In this document: positions 1 through 13,952 of the stretch, piece after piece
How positions within the stretch are numbered: the first letter of the stretch is position 1
Layout: every line of letters starts with the position of its first letter
Assembly: GCA_002269645.1 (NCBI GenBank)
Contig: NIVC01000850.1
Location: 248,001-312,000 of the forward strand
Direction of reading: 5' to 3'
DNA length: 64,000 bases
Origin: Macrostomum lignano
Taxonomy: Eukaryota
Made by a program: the position numbers and the translations under genes
Notes under the pieces: generated by a model
What the model was told of the DNA's origin: nothing
Databases searched by the model: none
The model's input: only the letters and a program-made list of their open reading frames with translations

Positions 1-729
1 TGCATGAAACGGCCTGTATTCGAATTTAGAAAGTGTCGTTTCTTTCTTTAGTTTTGATTAGTAGTATATAATGAAAAATTGACAAGGGTTGAAAAGAGGT
101 AATGGAATGACGCTTATCGCTTGTGTTTTCGTGAAATATGCAGATATAACAAATGTGCCACAGAGCTCGCACATAGACTACTGTTAAGTAGCTAATACGC
201 GTATTGCAAGAAAAATGAGAAATTTCAGTGGAATAATCAGCATTGCGCTTTTGCTGAAAAAAATTACATTAATCTTACCTGGACTTTGAATTCGAAATAA
301 TTAGACACATGCATGCCCATGGTGGATTCAAGGACCACTGTATAAACAGGATCGAAACAAAACTCCAAGATCATGGATTTTTTAAAGGCTAATTTACTAA
401 AAAAATACACTACAGAGATGGAAGAAATAATTTGATTGCATTTTATCTGGGGCCATTCTTTTAATTTAGCATGCACTGCACAACATACTACTCTGTTGTA
501 GTAGTAGTGAAAGTAGTAGTTAAAGTTTCATTTTCATATTAAATTATTTTTCATTAATTTCAATGCGTGTTAGTTACGTACTACATACATGCACACAGTT
601 ATACGATCTTCGAGTTTTTCATCCTGCTATTACTTGGGTGGTCCTTAGGTGCATTCACTGCTGAGTTTGGTTAATCTTGTTGAAACATGTACACCTCACT
701 TATCTGGGTGTGAGGTGTTTCCAAAGTCA

Positions 730-3700
730 CTACACTACCGCTGTCGCTGCCGCTTGGACTCGTTCGACATCTGCTCGGTCTTCTAGCACATTCTGGGTGG
801 ACTTGCGCTTCAGCGCAGCGTTGAATTGGACAATGTAGTGCGACCTGTGCTGTCTTAGGCCCGGGTTGTTGGCCAGAGTCAGCGCCAGGAACCAGCGGGT
901 TCGAGAGCGTTTGCGCGCCACTGGAAGTTGAAAAAAGAAGATACATGTACATAGTGTACTTTTTTAATTTGAAGTTTGTGTCGTGCAGTGTCTTCAAATG
1001 CCTGGTTTCTCTTCTTTGCTTCATGTCGTAAAATGTTTTTATGTTATTTATTTTTAAGTTTTTCGCGTACTAGTGCTTACAGGTAGGTGTAATCGGTTTG
1101 TATTTTCTAGTTTGAAGTTTTCTATGAGCGTAGTAACATTGTGATAGTTGTCTGGTAGCCTCCATTTTGTGTTGTGGTAGCCTTCACCTCTATGTGTGGT
1201 AGCCCCCATCTTTACATGTATGTGTGATAGGCACCATCTTTGTATGGTGGATAGCCTCAATTTGTGTGGTAGCCTCAATCTTTATGTGTGGTAGCCTAAA
1301 TTTTTGTGTGTGGTAGCCTCAATCCTTATGTGTGGTAGCCTCCATCTTTATGTGTGGTAGCCTCAATCCTTATGTGTGGTAGCCTCAATTTTTGTGTGTG
1401 GTAGCCTCAATCTTTATGTGTGGTAGCCTCAATTTTTGTGTGTGGTAGCCTCAATCTTTATGTGTGGTAGCCTCCATCTTTATGTGTGGTAGCCTCAATC
1501 TTTATGTGTGGTAGCCTCAATCTTTATGTGTGGTAGCCTCAATCCTTATGTGTGGTAGTCTCCATCTTTATGTGTAGTTAGTCTCAATCTTTATGTGTGG
1601 TAGCCTTTATCTTTGTATTGTGGTACATGTATAGCCTATATCTTGGTGTTGGAGCCCTTATCTTTGTAGTATGCTATGTTTAGCCTCGTACAGTGTTAAC
1701 GTGGATTTGATCAAATTTATCTTGACTGAGATAGTAATTGATAGTAAGCAGTAATTATCCAATATCAAGCTCTGAAATATCCCGATCCGATCTCACTAAC
1801 TTGAGCTCTGCCTCTGCAGCCTCTCGGAGATGACTGAATCCATCGCCAGCAGCTCCGCTTGCGATGGCGAACGCGCGTGCAGGTGTTTAGCATCTTGTAG
1901 TACGGCCACGGATTGTAGTTGTAAGCCGGCCGTCTCCATGGCAACGTTGCCTCTGTTTCGCTGCTTCTGCTTGGAGAATGGATTCGTCTCGAATCGTTCC
2001 CGACCGTGCACAGCCTCTTGGACTATGTTGATGAAGGAGCGCATCACCGGATTGGTGTGCGCATTCTCAACGTAGAGCAGGCCTACGTAAGCAAAGTAGC
2101 CTGCGGGAGAGAGGCGAGGGATGACCTGTTTAATAGCGCGTTTCAGGCACTGTGCATCGCATTCAGCACCTGGTCCGTCTTTCAGCAAGATTTTGTGCTC
2201 TTCCAGGTGTGTGGTGTGTTGTTCAAATGTTAATCAATGCTCTGAACTTGTCTTCCAGGTGTGTGGTGTGTTGTTCAAATGTTAACCAATGCTCTGAACT
2301 TGTCTTCCAGGTGTGTGGTGTGTTGTTCAAATGTTAACCAATGCTCTGAACTTGTCTTCTAGGTGCGTGGTGTGTTGTTCAAATGTTAACCAATGCTCTG
2401 AACTTGTCTTCTAGGTGCGTGGTGTGTTGTTCAAATGTTTTTGTGTTTTTCGCTGCAATTTTAATGTTTTTGACCTACTCTAAGGATAGTCGTTTATATT
2501 TAGGTATAAGAAATAGATTTGCACCTGTATTCCAGATGTGTCTTTTGGCGTATTTGTTGTTGCTTTTCGTTATATAAACTATAATTATTGTGCATTTGTC
2601 GTAAGCTAAACGATATTCAGCCACAGTATTTTTGCGTGCGTTGTTGGTCAGGTGGATGTTGGTTGATTAAAAATCATGTATCATTTGTATACGCGTCCTT
2701 TGATTACGCGTAATTTGATTAAGCTGACAAACCTTCGTCAAACACTTGGAATCTCTTGGGAAAGTGGCACCAATCCAGTCTACTGAAGAAGCAAACGTTG
2801 AAGACAAGCGATTTGAGCAGGCGCAGTGTGGCAGTCAGCAGGCCCCAGAACACGTTGAAATAGAACATGAAGTAAGCCCAGTTGAAGTACAGGTGCCTGG
2901 AATTCAGTAGTTTTGTGTTGTCTGGATGCAGTAGAGCATACTGGGAGCCATATAGCTCTCATGTGCCAGCGGCCCAGGCTCGATTCCCAGTGCAGTCACA
3001 TTAATTTGGGCTAAATTGGAATCTCGGCTTGGCTCTGCTCGTGCAATTAACGAGCATTGAGGGCCAACCCCCCAAGGCACAATGAAGTGTACATGCCTAA
3101 GGATAAATAAAGTTAGGGCCGCTGTACACTCCTGTGTGAGTGTGTGCCTGTGCGTATGACTGCGTACAGTATTGCCTTAGTAGTGGCTGTGGTAGCGCCA
3201 GGGATGCCCTTATTATTATTAAGGGGACCTGGAGGCGTCAACTTAAGAGGGTAGAATGGGAAGGAAACCATCTCGTCTCTTGACGATGAAGATTATACTT
3301 TCACGAGTTACATGCATGTAACTAACCTGTTTTTCACAGCAATATTTCCATTAGTTGACTGCGAGGAGTTGAACACGAATCTGACAAGCAGGAATTGGAC
3401 CAGAAGTACGGTAGCACTGATCACTGTTAGCGGCCTGTCAAGGTATAAATTTCAAGGTGCAGTGGACAGTGTTAGTATAGCTCTTCTCAATCAGCTAGTT
3501 TTTTAAATAAATCATATTTGTTTATTGCGCTACCAATATTTCTATCTATCGTTTCTTTCGTTAACAAAACATTAATTTCTTAGAAATGACAAGTGTCCCG
3601 TCTTGCAAATACAAACTTACCAATAGTACTCCATGAACTCCAGAAACCAAGATCTAAGACCCGCATTGATTGGGTCAAACAGAACCATCGAGACGAATAG

Positions 3701-6700
3701 CAGTGCAATCATTAGTAGCACCAGCTGCATAATTATGCCTGCAATTCCAATGCGTGTTGCAATTTATGCGGCGTAAATTTCACAGTATAGACCTTTAGGA
3801 GATTTTTTTTACTTTTTTATCAGTGGCATGACTCTTCATCACCCCACTCTCCTCCCACAACATTCTACCCCCATCTCACTCTCCTCACCCCACTCTCCTC
3901 CCCACCCCACCTCCCTTCCAATCCCCCTATCCTCCCCACCCCACTCCGCCCACTCTCCTCCCCATCCTCCTTCCCACCCCACTCTCCTTTCCAACCCACT
4001 CCCCACACCGCCCACTCTCCTCCCCACCCCACCTCCCTTCCAATCCCCCTATCCTCCCCACCCCACTCCACCCCACTCTCCTCCCCACCCCACCTCCCTT
4101 CCAATCCCCCTATCCTCCCCACCCCACTCCACCCCACTCTCCTCCCCATCCTACTTTCCTTCCCACCCCACTCTCCTTCCCATCCTACTTTCCTTCCCAC
4201 CCCACTCTCCTTCCCATCCTACTTTCCTTCACACCCCACTCTCCTTCCCATCCTACTTTCCTTCCCACCCCACTCTCCTTCCCACCCCACCTCCCTTCCA
4301 ATCCCCTTATCCTCCCTACCCCACCCCACCCCACTCTCCTCCCCACCCCACAGTCACTCACCAATGCCAGTGAATGAAATTTGATAGCCGCCGTAGCGTA
4401 TATTGCTCAGCTGAAGAGTTGAAATTAACTTTAATCACTCACGTACAGTTCTCATAAATAAGTAAAGAAAAAGTACCACAATTTCAATGTAGGTGTTTTT
4501 AAACGCTTACAATAAGATAAGTTGGCTGCGTTGTTTGTTCTTTCCTAGTTGGAAATCCCGTATAATTTCCCTTGTACATCTTCAGTATGTTCGATCTGAA
4601 ATGTCAAATTCACTTATTAATCAGCGACTTCACGAGCTTGAAGAAATAAGAGCACCTGAGACTTGCCTGTAGCTTAGGATCATGAGCACAACATTGAAAA
4701 TGCTGAGAACAATTACAACAGACACGCTGATGGCGAAACAAACTGAAATTCAAATTAGGAAGTTCGCTTTTATCAATTGACCTGATTGAATGATTACAAT
4801 GAATTATTCCTTTGTCGGTATATGCTTCACGTGGTTGCAGGTTAATTATCTGCCAACCCATAATTGCGATGCGTGTTTTACCTGGTTGCAGGTTAATTAT
4901 CTGCCAACCCATAATTGTGATGCGTGTTTTACCTGGCTGCAGGTTAATTATCTGCCAACCCATAATTGTGATACGTGTTTAACCTGGTTGCAGGTTAATT
5001 ATCTGCCAACCCATAATTGTGATACGTGTTTAACCTGGTTGCAGGTTAATTATCTGCCAACCCATAATTGTGATGCGTGTTTTACCTGGTTGTAAGTTAA
5101 AATTATCTGCCAACCCATAATTATGATGCGTGTTTCACCTGATTGCAGGTTAATTATCTGCCAACCCATAATTGTGATGCGTATTTTACCTGGTTGTAAG
5201 TTAAAATTATCTGCCAACCCATAATTGTGATGCGTGTTTTTCCTGGTTGTAAGTTAATTATCTGCCAACCCATAATTGTGATGCGTGTTTTACCTGGTTG
5301 TAAGTTAAAATTATCTGCCAACCCATAATTGTGATGCGTATTTTACCTGGTTGTAAGTTAAAATTATCTGCCAACCCATAATTGTGATGCGTGTTTTTCC
5401 TGGTTGTAAGTTAATTATCTGCCAACCCATAATTGTGATGCGTGTTTTACCTGGTTGTAAGTTAAAATTATCTGCCAACCCATAATTGTGATGCGTGTTT
5501 TACCTGGTTGTAAGTTAAAATTATCTGCCAACCCATAATTATGATGCGTGTTTCACCTGATTGCAGGTTAATTATCTGCCAACCCATAATTGTGATGCGT
5601 ATTTTACCTGGTTGTAAGTTAAAATTATCTGCCAACCCATAATTGTGATACGTGTTTTACCTGGTTGCAGGTTAATTATCTGCCAACCCATAATTGTGAT
5701 GCGTGTTTTACCTGGCTGCAGGTTAATTATCTGCCAACCCATAATTGTGATGCGTGTTTTACCTGGCTGCAGGTTAATTATCTGCCAACCCATAATTGTG
5801 ATGCGTGTTTTACCTGGCTGCAGGTTAATTATCTGCCAACCCATAATTGTGATACGTGTTTAACCTGGCTGCAGGTTAATTATCTGCCAACCCATAATTG
5901 TGATACGTGTTTAACCTGGCTGCAGGTTAATTATCTGCCAACCCATAATTGTGATACGTGTTTAACCTGGCTGCAGGTTAATTATCTGCCAACCCATAAT
6001 TGTGATACGTGTTTAACCTGGCTGTAGGTTAATTATCTGCCAACCCATAATTAGGATGCGTGTTTTACCTGGTTGTAAGTTAATTATCTGCCAAGCCATA
6101 ATTATGATGCGTGTTTCACCTGATTGCAACCTGATTCACCTGTTTCACCTATCTGCCAACTGTTCACGTGCCTATATTCTTTTTTATGTTTTTACCTTTT
6201 TGGCTCTAACATTATCAGCTAATTGGCACGGATAATTAATTATAACGCAGACTCACCTGTAAACACCCTAATATAGATTCTGGCGTGGTTCAAATCCTGC
6301 AGCATTGATTCGCCTCCGATTCCAATGGCTCGAATTATTCCTTCAAGCAAGTCTAGAATATCCGTGAGCAGTTTGATCCAATAGGACACCTCTTTAATAA
6401 TGCCGTAGAGCACCTGAAATTCAAGCATTGCAACTGTCGTAATCAGCGATTGATTATTGTTGTACGCAATTGCGTTGAAGGAATTGCAGATTTGCAAAGA
6501 CTCAGTGTTAGAGTCTGAGGGTCACAATTTAATCATTTTTTGTTGTCATTAGTATCAGCTTATCCGTTTCAGGCGGCCCTAATTAAAAATTTTCATTTCA
6601 GATTTTTGGCTTCTTTCAAAAAGTAATTAAGGTAATTAATTGCATAGGTGAAATTCTGCAAGTGGCATTTGATGTTGATTTGTTCTTCATTTGGGCGTAT

Positions 6701-9700
6701 GAGCTCTTTTGATATACATATGTATTACTTCTGGACTGAGCTTTATGGCCTCTTCTACATAGACCACATCATTCATCAAGTTTGACGCCTCAGTCATCAA
6801 GTTTGACGCATCATTCATCAAGTTTGACGCATCATTAACCAAGTTTGACGCATCATTCATCAAGTTTGACGCATCATTCATCAAGTTTGACGCATCATTA
6901 ACCAAGTTTGACGCATCATTCATCAAGTTTGACGCATCATTCATCAAGAATGACGGCTCATTCATGAAGTTTGACGCATCATTTATCAAGTTTGACGCAT
7001 CATTTATCAAGAATGACGGCTCATTCATCAAGTTTGACGCATCAGTCATCAATTTTGATGCATCAGTCATCAAGTTTGACGCCTCAGTCATCAAGTTTGA
7101 TGCATCATTCATCAAGAATGACGGCTCATTCATCAAGTTTGACGCATCAGTCATCAATTTTGATGCATCAGTCATCAAGTTTGACGCCTCAGTCATCAAG
7201 TTTGATGCATCATTCATCAAGAATGACGGCTCATTCATCAAGTTTGACGCATCATTTATCAAGTTTGACGCATCATTTATCAAGAATGACGGCTCATTCA
7301 TCAAGTTTGACGCATCAGTCATCAATTTTGACGCATCATTAATCAAGTTTGACGCATCATTCATCAAGATTAACGCATCATTCATCAAGTTTGACGCATC
7401 ATTAATCAAGTTTGACGCATCAGTCATCAAGTTTGACGCATCATTAATCAAGTTTGACGCCTCAGTCATCAAGTTTGACGCCTCAGTCATCAAGTTTGAC
7501 GCCTCGTGCTTTGAATTAATCAATTCTGGAACCATGGTCTGACGAGTCCACTCAGCGAGAATTATCCGTGAGATCAATAAGTGTGAACTCACCATATAGA
7601 TCACTATGCCAACAGCAGTATAGGTGCAAATTATTCTTGGCGAATAGCGGAATCCAATTCTTCTTTGATAGCTGATGGCTCTGAGGGCTTGCTTGAGCTT
7701 TTCTCTGGCTGAATTGCTTTGAGCACTGCGTTGACAATTGAATGAAAGGTGAAGTCGGTTAGTAACCAATTGCTACAGCGTTTCAAGGTCTCGTGGAGCC
7801 ACCCACAAAGTAACTAAAAGTTATTTCTATTAATTTTCAGGGCAAACTCACCTGTCTCTACTATCTGTCTTGTTAATGAAAAGGTCTCGAACGTACTCCA
7901 CCTGGTAGACATACTCCAGTCTGGTTACTCTCATTGAGGCATTCTTTCCTAGAATGAGTTGCACCATTCGATAGGGGAAGATCGCTGAGAGACCGAGCAT
8001 GCAGCCGATGCTTGGAAGAAATTTGATCATGATAATGATGTGCGACTCCTGCAAATTGGATGGGGGACTTGGCTTTGGGCTTTGATTCGTCAACTTGGTG
8101 TTTTAACCTGCTTTTTTAGTTCCATCTGACTGATTTTAGGGAATATCAATGGGTATCAAGGAGCGAAGTGGTTATCAAGGAATGAGGTGGGGGTGGGTAT
8201 CAATGAGTGAGGTGGTTATCAAATGAAGTGGATATCAAGTGAGGTGGGTGAGGTGGATATCAAATGAGTGAGGTGGATATCAAATGAGTGAGGTGGATAT
8301 CAATGAGTGAGGTGGATATCATCAATGAGTGAGGTGGATATCAATGAGTGAGGTGGATATCAATGAGTGAGGTGGATATCAATGAGTGAGGTGGATACCA
8401 TCAATGAGTGAGGTGGATATCAATGAGTGAGGTGGATATCAATGAGTGAGGTGGATATCAATGAGTGAGGTGGATATCATCAATGAGTGAGGTGGATATC
8501 ATCAATGAGTGAGGTGGTTATCAATGAGTGAGGTGGATATCAATGAGTGAAGTGGATAACAATGAGTGAGGTGAATATCAAATGAGTGAGGTGGATATCA
8601 AATGAGTGAGGTGGATATCAATGAGTGAGGTGAATATCAAATGAGTGAGGTGGATATCAAATGAGTGAGATGGATATCAATGAGTGAGGTGGATATCAAT
8701 GAGTGAGGTGGTTATCAATGAGTGAGGTGGTTATCAATGAGTGAGGTGGATATCAATGAGTGAGGTGGATATCATCAATGAGTGAGGTGGATATCATCAA
8801 TGAGTGAGGTGGTTATCAAATGAGTGAGGTGGATATCAAATGAGTGAGGTGGATATCAATGAGTGAGGTGAATATCAAATGAGTGAGGTGGATATCAAAT
8901 GAGTGAGATGGATATCAATGAGTGAGGTGGATATCAATGAGTGAGGTGGTTATCAATGAGTGAGGTGGTTATCAATGAGTGAGGTGGATAACAAATGAGT
9001 GAGGTGGATATCAATGAGTGAGGTGGTTATCAATGAGTGAGGTGGATATCAATGAGTGAGGTGGATATCAAATGAGTGAGGTGGATATCAAATGAAGTGG
9101 ATATCAATGAGTGAGGTGGATATCAATGAGTGAGGTGGGTATCAATGAGTGAGGTGGGTATCAAATGAGTGAGGTGGATATCAATGAGTGAGGTGGATAT
9201 CAATGAGTGAGGTGGATATCAATGAGTGAGGTGGATATCAATGAGTGAGGTGGATATCAATGAGTGAGGTGGATATCAATGAGTGAGGTGGGTATCAATG
9301 AGTGAGGTGGATATCAATGAGTGAGGTGGGTATCAAATGAGTGAGGTGGATATCAATGAGTGAGGTGGATATCAATGAGTGAGGTGGATATCAATGAGTG
9401 AGGTGGATATCAATGAGTGAGGTGGATATCAATGAGTGAGGTGGATATCAATGAGTGAGGTGGGTATCAATGAGTGAGGTGGATATCAATGAGTGAGGTG
9501 GATATCAATGAGTGAGGTGGATATCAATGAGTGAGGTGGTTATCAATGAGTGAGGTGGTTATCAATGAGTGAGGTGGTTATCAATGAGTGAGGTGGTTAT
9601 CAATGAGTGAGGTGGATATCAATGAGTGAGGTGGATATCAAGGCCAGTGTGAAGTGTGGAACGTGATAAAGAGTGAGATGAGCGGTGGAAAATCAAAAGT

Positions 9701-12700
9701 GAATTTTGCATAGAGGTTTCGGCTGGATTCAATGCCAGGCAAATCATGGCAGGAATCTAATGAACTCGCAGCTTAAAAAACGTTGACCATATCTGTACTC
9801 CTGCACCTGTATCATATTTCCTTTTTATCATTTTTGCTTTGATGCAAGGCATAGCAAGAGTTAATTGTAATATAAACATTTATGTAAGCTACATTCTCTT
9901 TTGGAGAATCGGATTTAAAGGAGGCGTGCAGTGCGTGCTTTACTAGCAGAAATTATTCCAATCCTAATTAATCTCTGCGATTTTCAAGCTTCGAGTTTGT
10001 GAACAGTGAGCGGACTTTTGGTCCTCATCAAGAGGTTCAGAGAAAGGCCGGGAAAAATCCTACAGGGTAGCTTTCCTCCAGGTAAAAATGTTGATTTCCA
10101 TCATGTATAATCCCAGGCCTCTCACCAGTGTTAGAGCGGCGCAATCCAGCCAGGCTAATCTCAGAATTGACATAATAGTCAATCCCCACATGTAGATCGT
10201 GCCCATGCCGAAGAACAATATATTTCGTTTCGTAATTGTGATGAATATCGGATACATTATCACGCAGTAGAGACAGATTTCGCTTATTCGATACAGAACT
10301 GAAAAAAGCGAAGGAAGTCAGTAAGCCTTGGCTGGCGAGGATTTGGTCAACTCCACATCATTCTCTCACCCTCCTATCGTCTCTTATTGGCTGTCGAGGC
10401 CTTGCCCGACTCTTCCACCATTCTCTTACCCTCCTATCGTCTCTAATTGGCTGTCGAGGCCTTGCCCGACTCCTCCACCATTCTCTTACCCTCCTATCGT
10501 CTCTAATTGGCTGTCGAGGCCTTGCCCGACTCCTCCACCATTCTCTTACCCTCCTATCGTCTCTTATTGGCTGTCGAGGCCTTGCCCGACTCCTCCACCA
10601 TTCTCTTACCCTCCTATCGTCTCTAATTGGCTGTCGAGGCCTTGCCCGACTCCTCCACCATTCTCTTACCCTCCTATCGTCTCTTATTGGCTGTCGAGGC
10701 CTTGCCCGACTCCTCCACCATTCTCTTACCCTCCTATCGTCTCTTATTGGCTGTCGAGGCCTTGCCCGACTCCTCCACCATTCTCTTACCCTCCTATCGT
10801 CTCTAATTGGCTGGCGAGGACTTGCCCGACTCCTCCACCATTCTCTTACCCTCCTATCGTCTCTAATTGGCTGGCGAGGACTTGCCCAACTTTCCCACCA
10901 TTCTCTTATCCTCCAATCGTCTCTTATTGGCTGGCGACGACTTTACAACCCTCGCCATGCTCTAGGACTTGACTATGCTCTCATGAGCATGCCGTACTCA
11001 CCGTGGAGAAACTTGAACTGACCCTCAGGCCGGCTGGTGATGTACCGCTTGTAAAGATCGCTGTCTCCGAAGAGCAGATCGTGGCACAGCTGAGCAGCGA
11101 TACCAAACGCCAAAGCGTAGGAAAATCGGAAGCTTCGATCCTCCAGAATGTTCATGGGACTATCGAATAAAAAATGGTCACTTGTATTGGTGATGCTGTA
11201 CAGATTATGTTGGCCGCACACGGGATCGAATCAAATCGAATTACGAGCTAACAAAGCGACTGGTTTCTTATGATTCGAAAAAATGCTTTTACATCAAAGT
11301 ACGCGCTATCCCGCTAAGTTCATCAGTTACTAAAGCAAGCAGCAGAGCACTGACTCAGACTGGCTACTCACTGGGCTAGTCCAGGCCGGCCACTGAGAAA
11401 ATGTGGCAGAAACCGCTTCCGTCTCATGGAGCAGCAGGCCATAATTAGCATTATTACCTGGTTTTGATGAGTAGTAGGCGGAGAGATGAAATGCATGTTA
11501 ACAATCGTCAGATTTACTGACGGCTGGAAACATGGGCATATGTTTCTAAAAATACTTTGGAACTTTCAACTTTTTTATTACTCTGCATGTCTCTGTCTCT
11601 CTGTCTCTGTCACTCTGTCTCTGTCAGCCTGTCTCTGTCTCTCTGTCTCTGTCACTCTGTCACTGTCACTCTGTCTCTGTCACTCTGTCTCTGTCACTCT
11701 GTCTCTGTCACTCTGTCTCTGTCACTCTGTCTCCGTCACTCTGTCTCTGTCACTCTATCATTTTAATCAGTCGGTCTCTACAAAAACGTAACTGTCCAGT
11801 TAAAAAACTTTAGGGAAAATATTTCGATCCAAAAAATCTTGAAGAGTGCACGAAGAAAACTTGCAGAGGAGTTGAGATATCGATTGTATAAAAAACACAT
11901 TCTACTAGAACATATTCCATAACTTTCCCCGTGACGCAAAAAGGAAGGCGCATGGTTCTGAATATGTTCTCTTGAAGTTTAAATTTTCCACAAGTTTTTT
12001 TCTTCTTCTATAGCTTCTTCCGCAGCAACAGCGGACAATCAAACGCCGGGCAAATATCGTTTCCGCTGCTTGTGCAGCATTGAGCACTGCTCAGTTTCCC
12101 TTTGCCATTTCCTGCAGCCGCGGCGAGGGAGGGGGCGAGGAGGCGAGGGCGGGGGAGGGATCAGAAGCCTCCCACGTACCGTGATGACTAATTTTAGGCA
12201 GAACCAGATCGAGAGATTTTTGCTTATAAATTACTCAACTCTGATTGCAAAAATTGCGAAAAAATATTCATCTGAGTCTTTGAGACCTTAAACTCATTTC
12301 GGGTGCAAAATTCTAACGAGAGGCACGTCATTCAGACGTGGTAATTAATGGGCTTGTCGTCTCATCTTTGATTCTGATCAACCCTCTCCGTCTTTTATCA
12401 TCTTTGTGCCGCTTTTTGATCATCCGCAATCGTTTTGTTCCTGCTAGCTCTCTCTGCGCATCCTGCTTCTCCCTTGCTCCCTCTCACCTCCTGCCTACCT
12501 CTAACCCTACGTCTATCTCTCTCTCCGTCTCACTCTCACCTCCTGTTTCCTTCTCTCACCAGCAGTCTACCTCCCATCTCTCTCTCTTACCCTCTATCTA
12601 CCTCTCTCACCCTTCGTCTCACTCTCACCCTCCGTCTCACTTTCAACCTCCGTCTCACTCTCACCCTCCGTCTCACTCTCACCCTCCGTCTCACTCTCAC

Positions 12701-13406
12701 CCTCCGTCTCACTCTCACCCTCCGTCTCACTCTCACCCTCCGTCTCACTCTCACCCTCCGTCTCACTCTCACTCTCCGTCTCACTCTCACCCTCCGTCTC
12801 ACTCTCATCTTCATCCTCACTCTCACCCTCCGTCTCACTCTCATCTTCATCCTCACTCTCACCCTCCGTCTCACTCTCATCTTCATCCTCACTCTCACCC
12901 TCCGTCTCACTCTCCCTCTCGCACTTCTCATCGCCCTCTCCTAGTTTCCATCTCCCTTTCTCATCCCATTTTGTACTCTCAATTCAACTTTGTCTAGGCC
13001 ATAGCACTTTTCTCGCCGATGTGGGGGAGGCAGAGCTGCATAGCAATTCCAGCTATCCGAGAATTGTTAAATCCCCCCCGTGGCCTCAGCTAACCTACCG
13101 TCTGCAGAACGGGGATAATCCTCTAATGTGCTCTACCGGTACTTAAATTTCACACTGAGAATTAAAACCATTAGCCGATGGGTTTAGTAATAAGCGAACA
13201 ATTACTTGTAGAGTAAGATATTTGAGCTCACTCACGGCTGGGATCAGAGCGTACTCGTACACCAGTATGATGTTGATTTTATCCGTACAGATGTCGGTAG
13301 CGTTAAGCTTGGTTCGTTGCAGTTGCAGCTGAATTCTGATCATGTCCCACAGACCATTGATTGGCTCACCCGATGCCCACATCTGTTGGACTTCCGGGTC
13401 ATCTGA
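730..13406 (-). CDS. STRA6-like: STRA6-like (stimulated by retinoic acid 6 family) multi-pass membrane protein, core 15 exons
   Basis: Phase-consistent exons in transcription order: 13406-13236, 11457-11372, 11159-11002, 10298-10126, 8048-7852, 7725-7593, 6413-6257, 4742-4667, 4595-4511, 4410-4362, 3738-3621, 3434-3327, 2896-2733, 2100-1801, 920-730 (TAG). Family motifs recognised: RRKR..GRPGLAHPMNIL, YALAFG, YPIF...[27 protein letters not shown]...[26 protein letters not shown] and C-terminal [16 protein letters not shown] (vertebrate STRA6 has RARWGLAYTLLHNP). Confidence 0.88.
1190..1620 (+). repeat. Intronic minisatellite, ~21-22 bp (TGTGTGGTAGCCTCAATCTTTA)
   Basis: Direct reading. Confidence 0.9.
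2203..2437 (+). repeat. Intronic minisatellite, 52 bp x ~4.5
   Basis: CCAGGTGTGTGGTGTGTTGTTCAAATGTTAACCAATGCTCTGAACTTGTCTT. Confidence 0.9.
2952..3218 (+). mobile_element. tRNA-derived SINE-like element, copy 1
   Basis: B-box-like GGCTCGATTCCC near 2975 and a (TTA)n tail near 3210. About 200 bp is shared with 29390-29592. Confidence 0.65.
3838..4350 (+). repeat. C-rich low-complexity intronic repeat
   Basis: CCCCACTCTCCT-type units. Confidence 0.85.
4830..6120 (+). repeat. Intronic minisatellite, 51-53 bp
   Basis: GGTTAATTATCTGCCAACCCATAATTGTGATGCGTGTTTTACCTGGTTGCA. Confidence 0.95.
6772..7503 (+). repeat. Intronic minisatellite, 21 bp
   Basis: CATCAAGTTTGACGCATCATT. Confidence 0.95.
8195..9640 (+). 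repeat. Intronic minisatellite, 19 bp
   Basis: AATGAGTGAGGTGGATATC. Confidence 0.95.
10345..10935 (+). repeat. Intronic minisatellite, 60 bp x ~10
   Basis: Unit repeats in register with the 60-nt lines. Confidence 0.95.
12595..12915 (+). repeat. Intronic minisatellite, 18 bp
   Basis: CTCACCCTCCGTCTCACT. Confidence 0.9.
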
Positions 13407-13446
13407 CTGAAATGCGGTGGTCACAATTTCGATTATTGCAACGGTA

Positions 13447-13780
13447 AGAATGTGACAGACAATGCCAGTAAGAACGTATCAGAATGTGACAGACAATGCC
13501 AGTAATAACGCATTAGAATGTGACAGACAATGCCAGTAATAACGCATTAGAATGTGACAGACAATGCCAGTAAGAATGTGTCAGAATTTGACAGACAATG
13601 CCAGTAAGAATGTATCAGAATGTGACAGACAATGCCAGTAATAACGCATTAGAATGTGACAGACAATGCCAGTAATAACGCATTAGAATGTGACAGACAA
13701 TGCCAGTAAGAATGTGTCAGAATTTGACAGACAATGCCAGTAAGAATGTATCAGAATGTGACAGACAATGCCAGTAAGAA
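13447..13780 (+). repeat. Minisatellite, 34 bp
   Basis: AGAATGTGACAGACAATGCCAGTAATAACGCATT. Confidence 0.9.
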
Positions 13781-13952
13781 TGTCATAGAATCATCTTAAG
13801 TTTACTAGAATAGGTCATAAATGACTATGAACATCGGAGAAACGAAAAAGAGCATTATTTTAAAGACAATTTTCGGAGTTTGTTACTGGTATTGCTTCAG
13901 TCTGATGTTGGCCTGGTGCAGAATGAACAGCAAATCAGAGCATTCAACTCAC

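Noticed and set aside
11905-12087. 60-aa minus-strand ORF considered as a STRA6-like exon
   Set aside because: Exon 11457-11372 supplies the GRPGL motif and the correct phases; this ORF lacks good splice sites.
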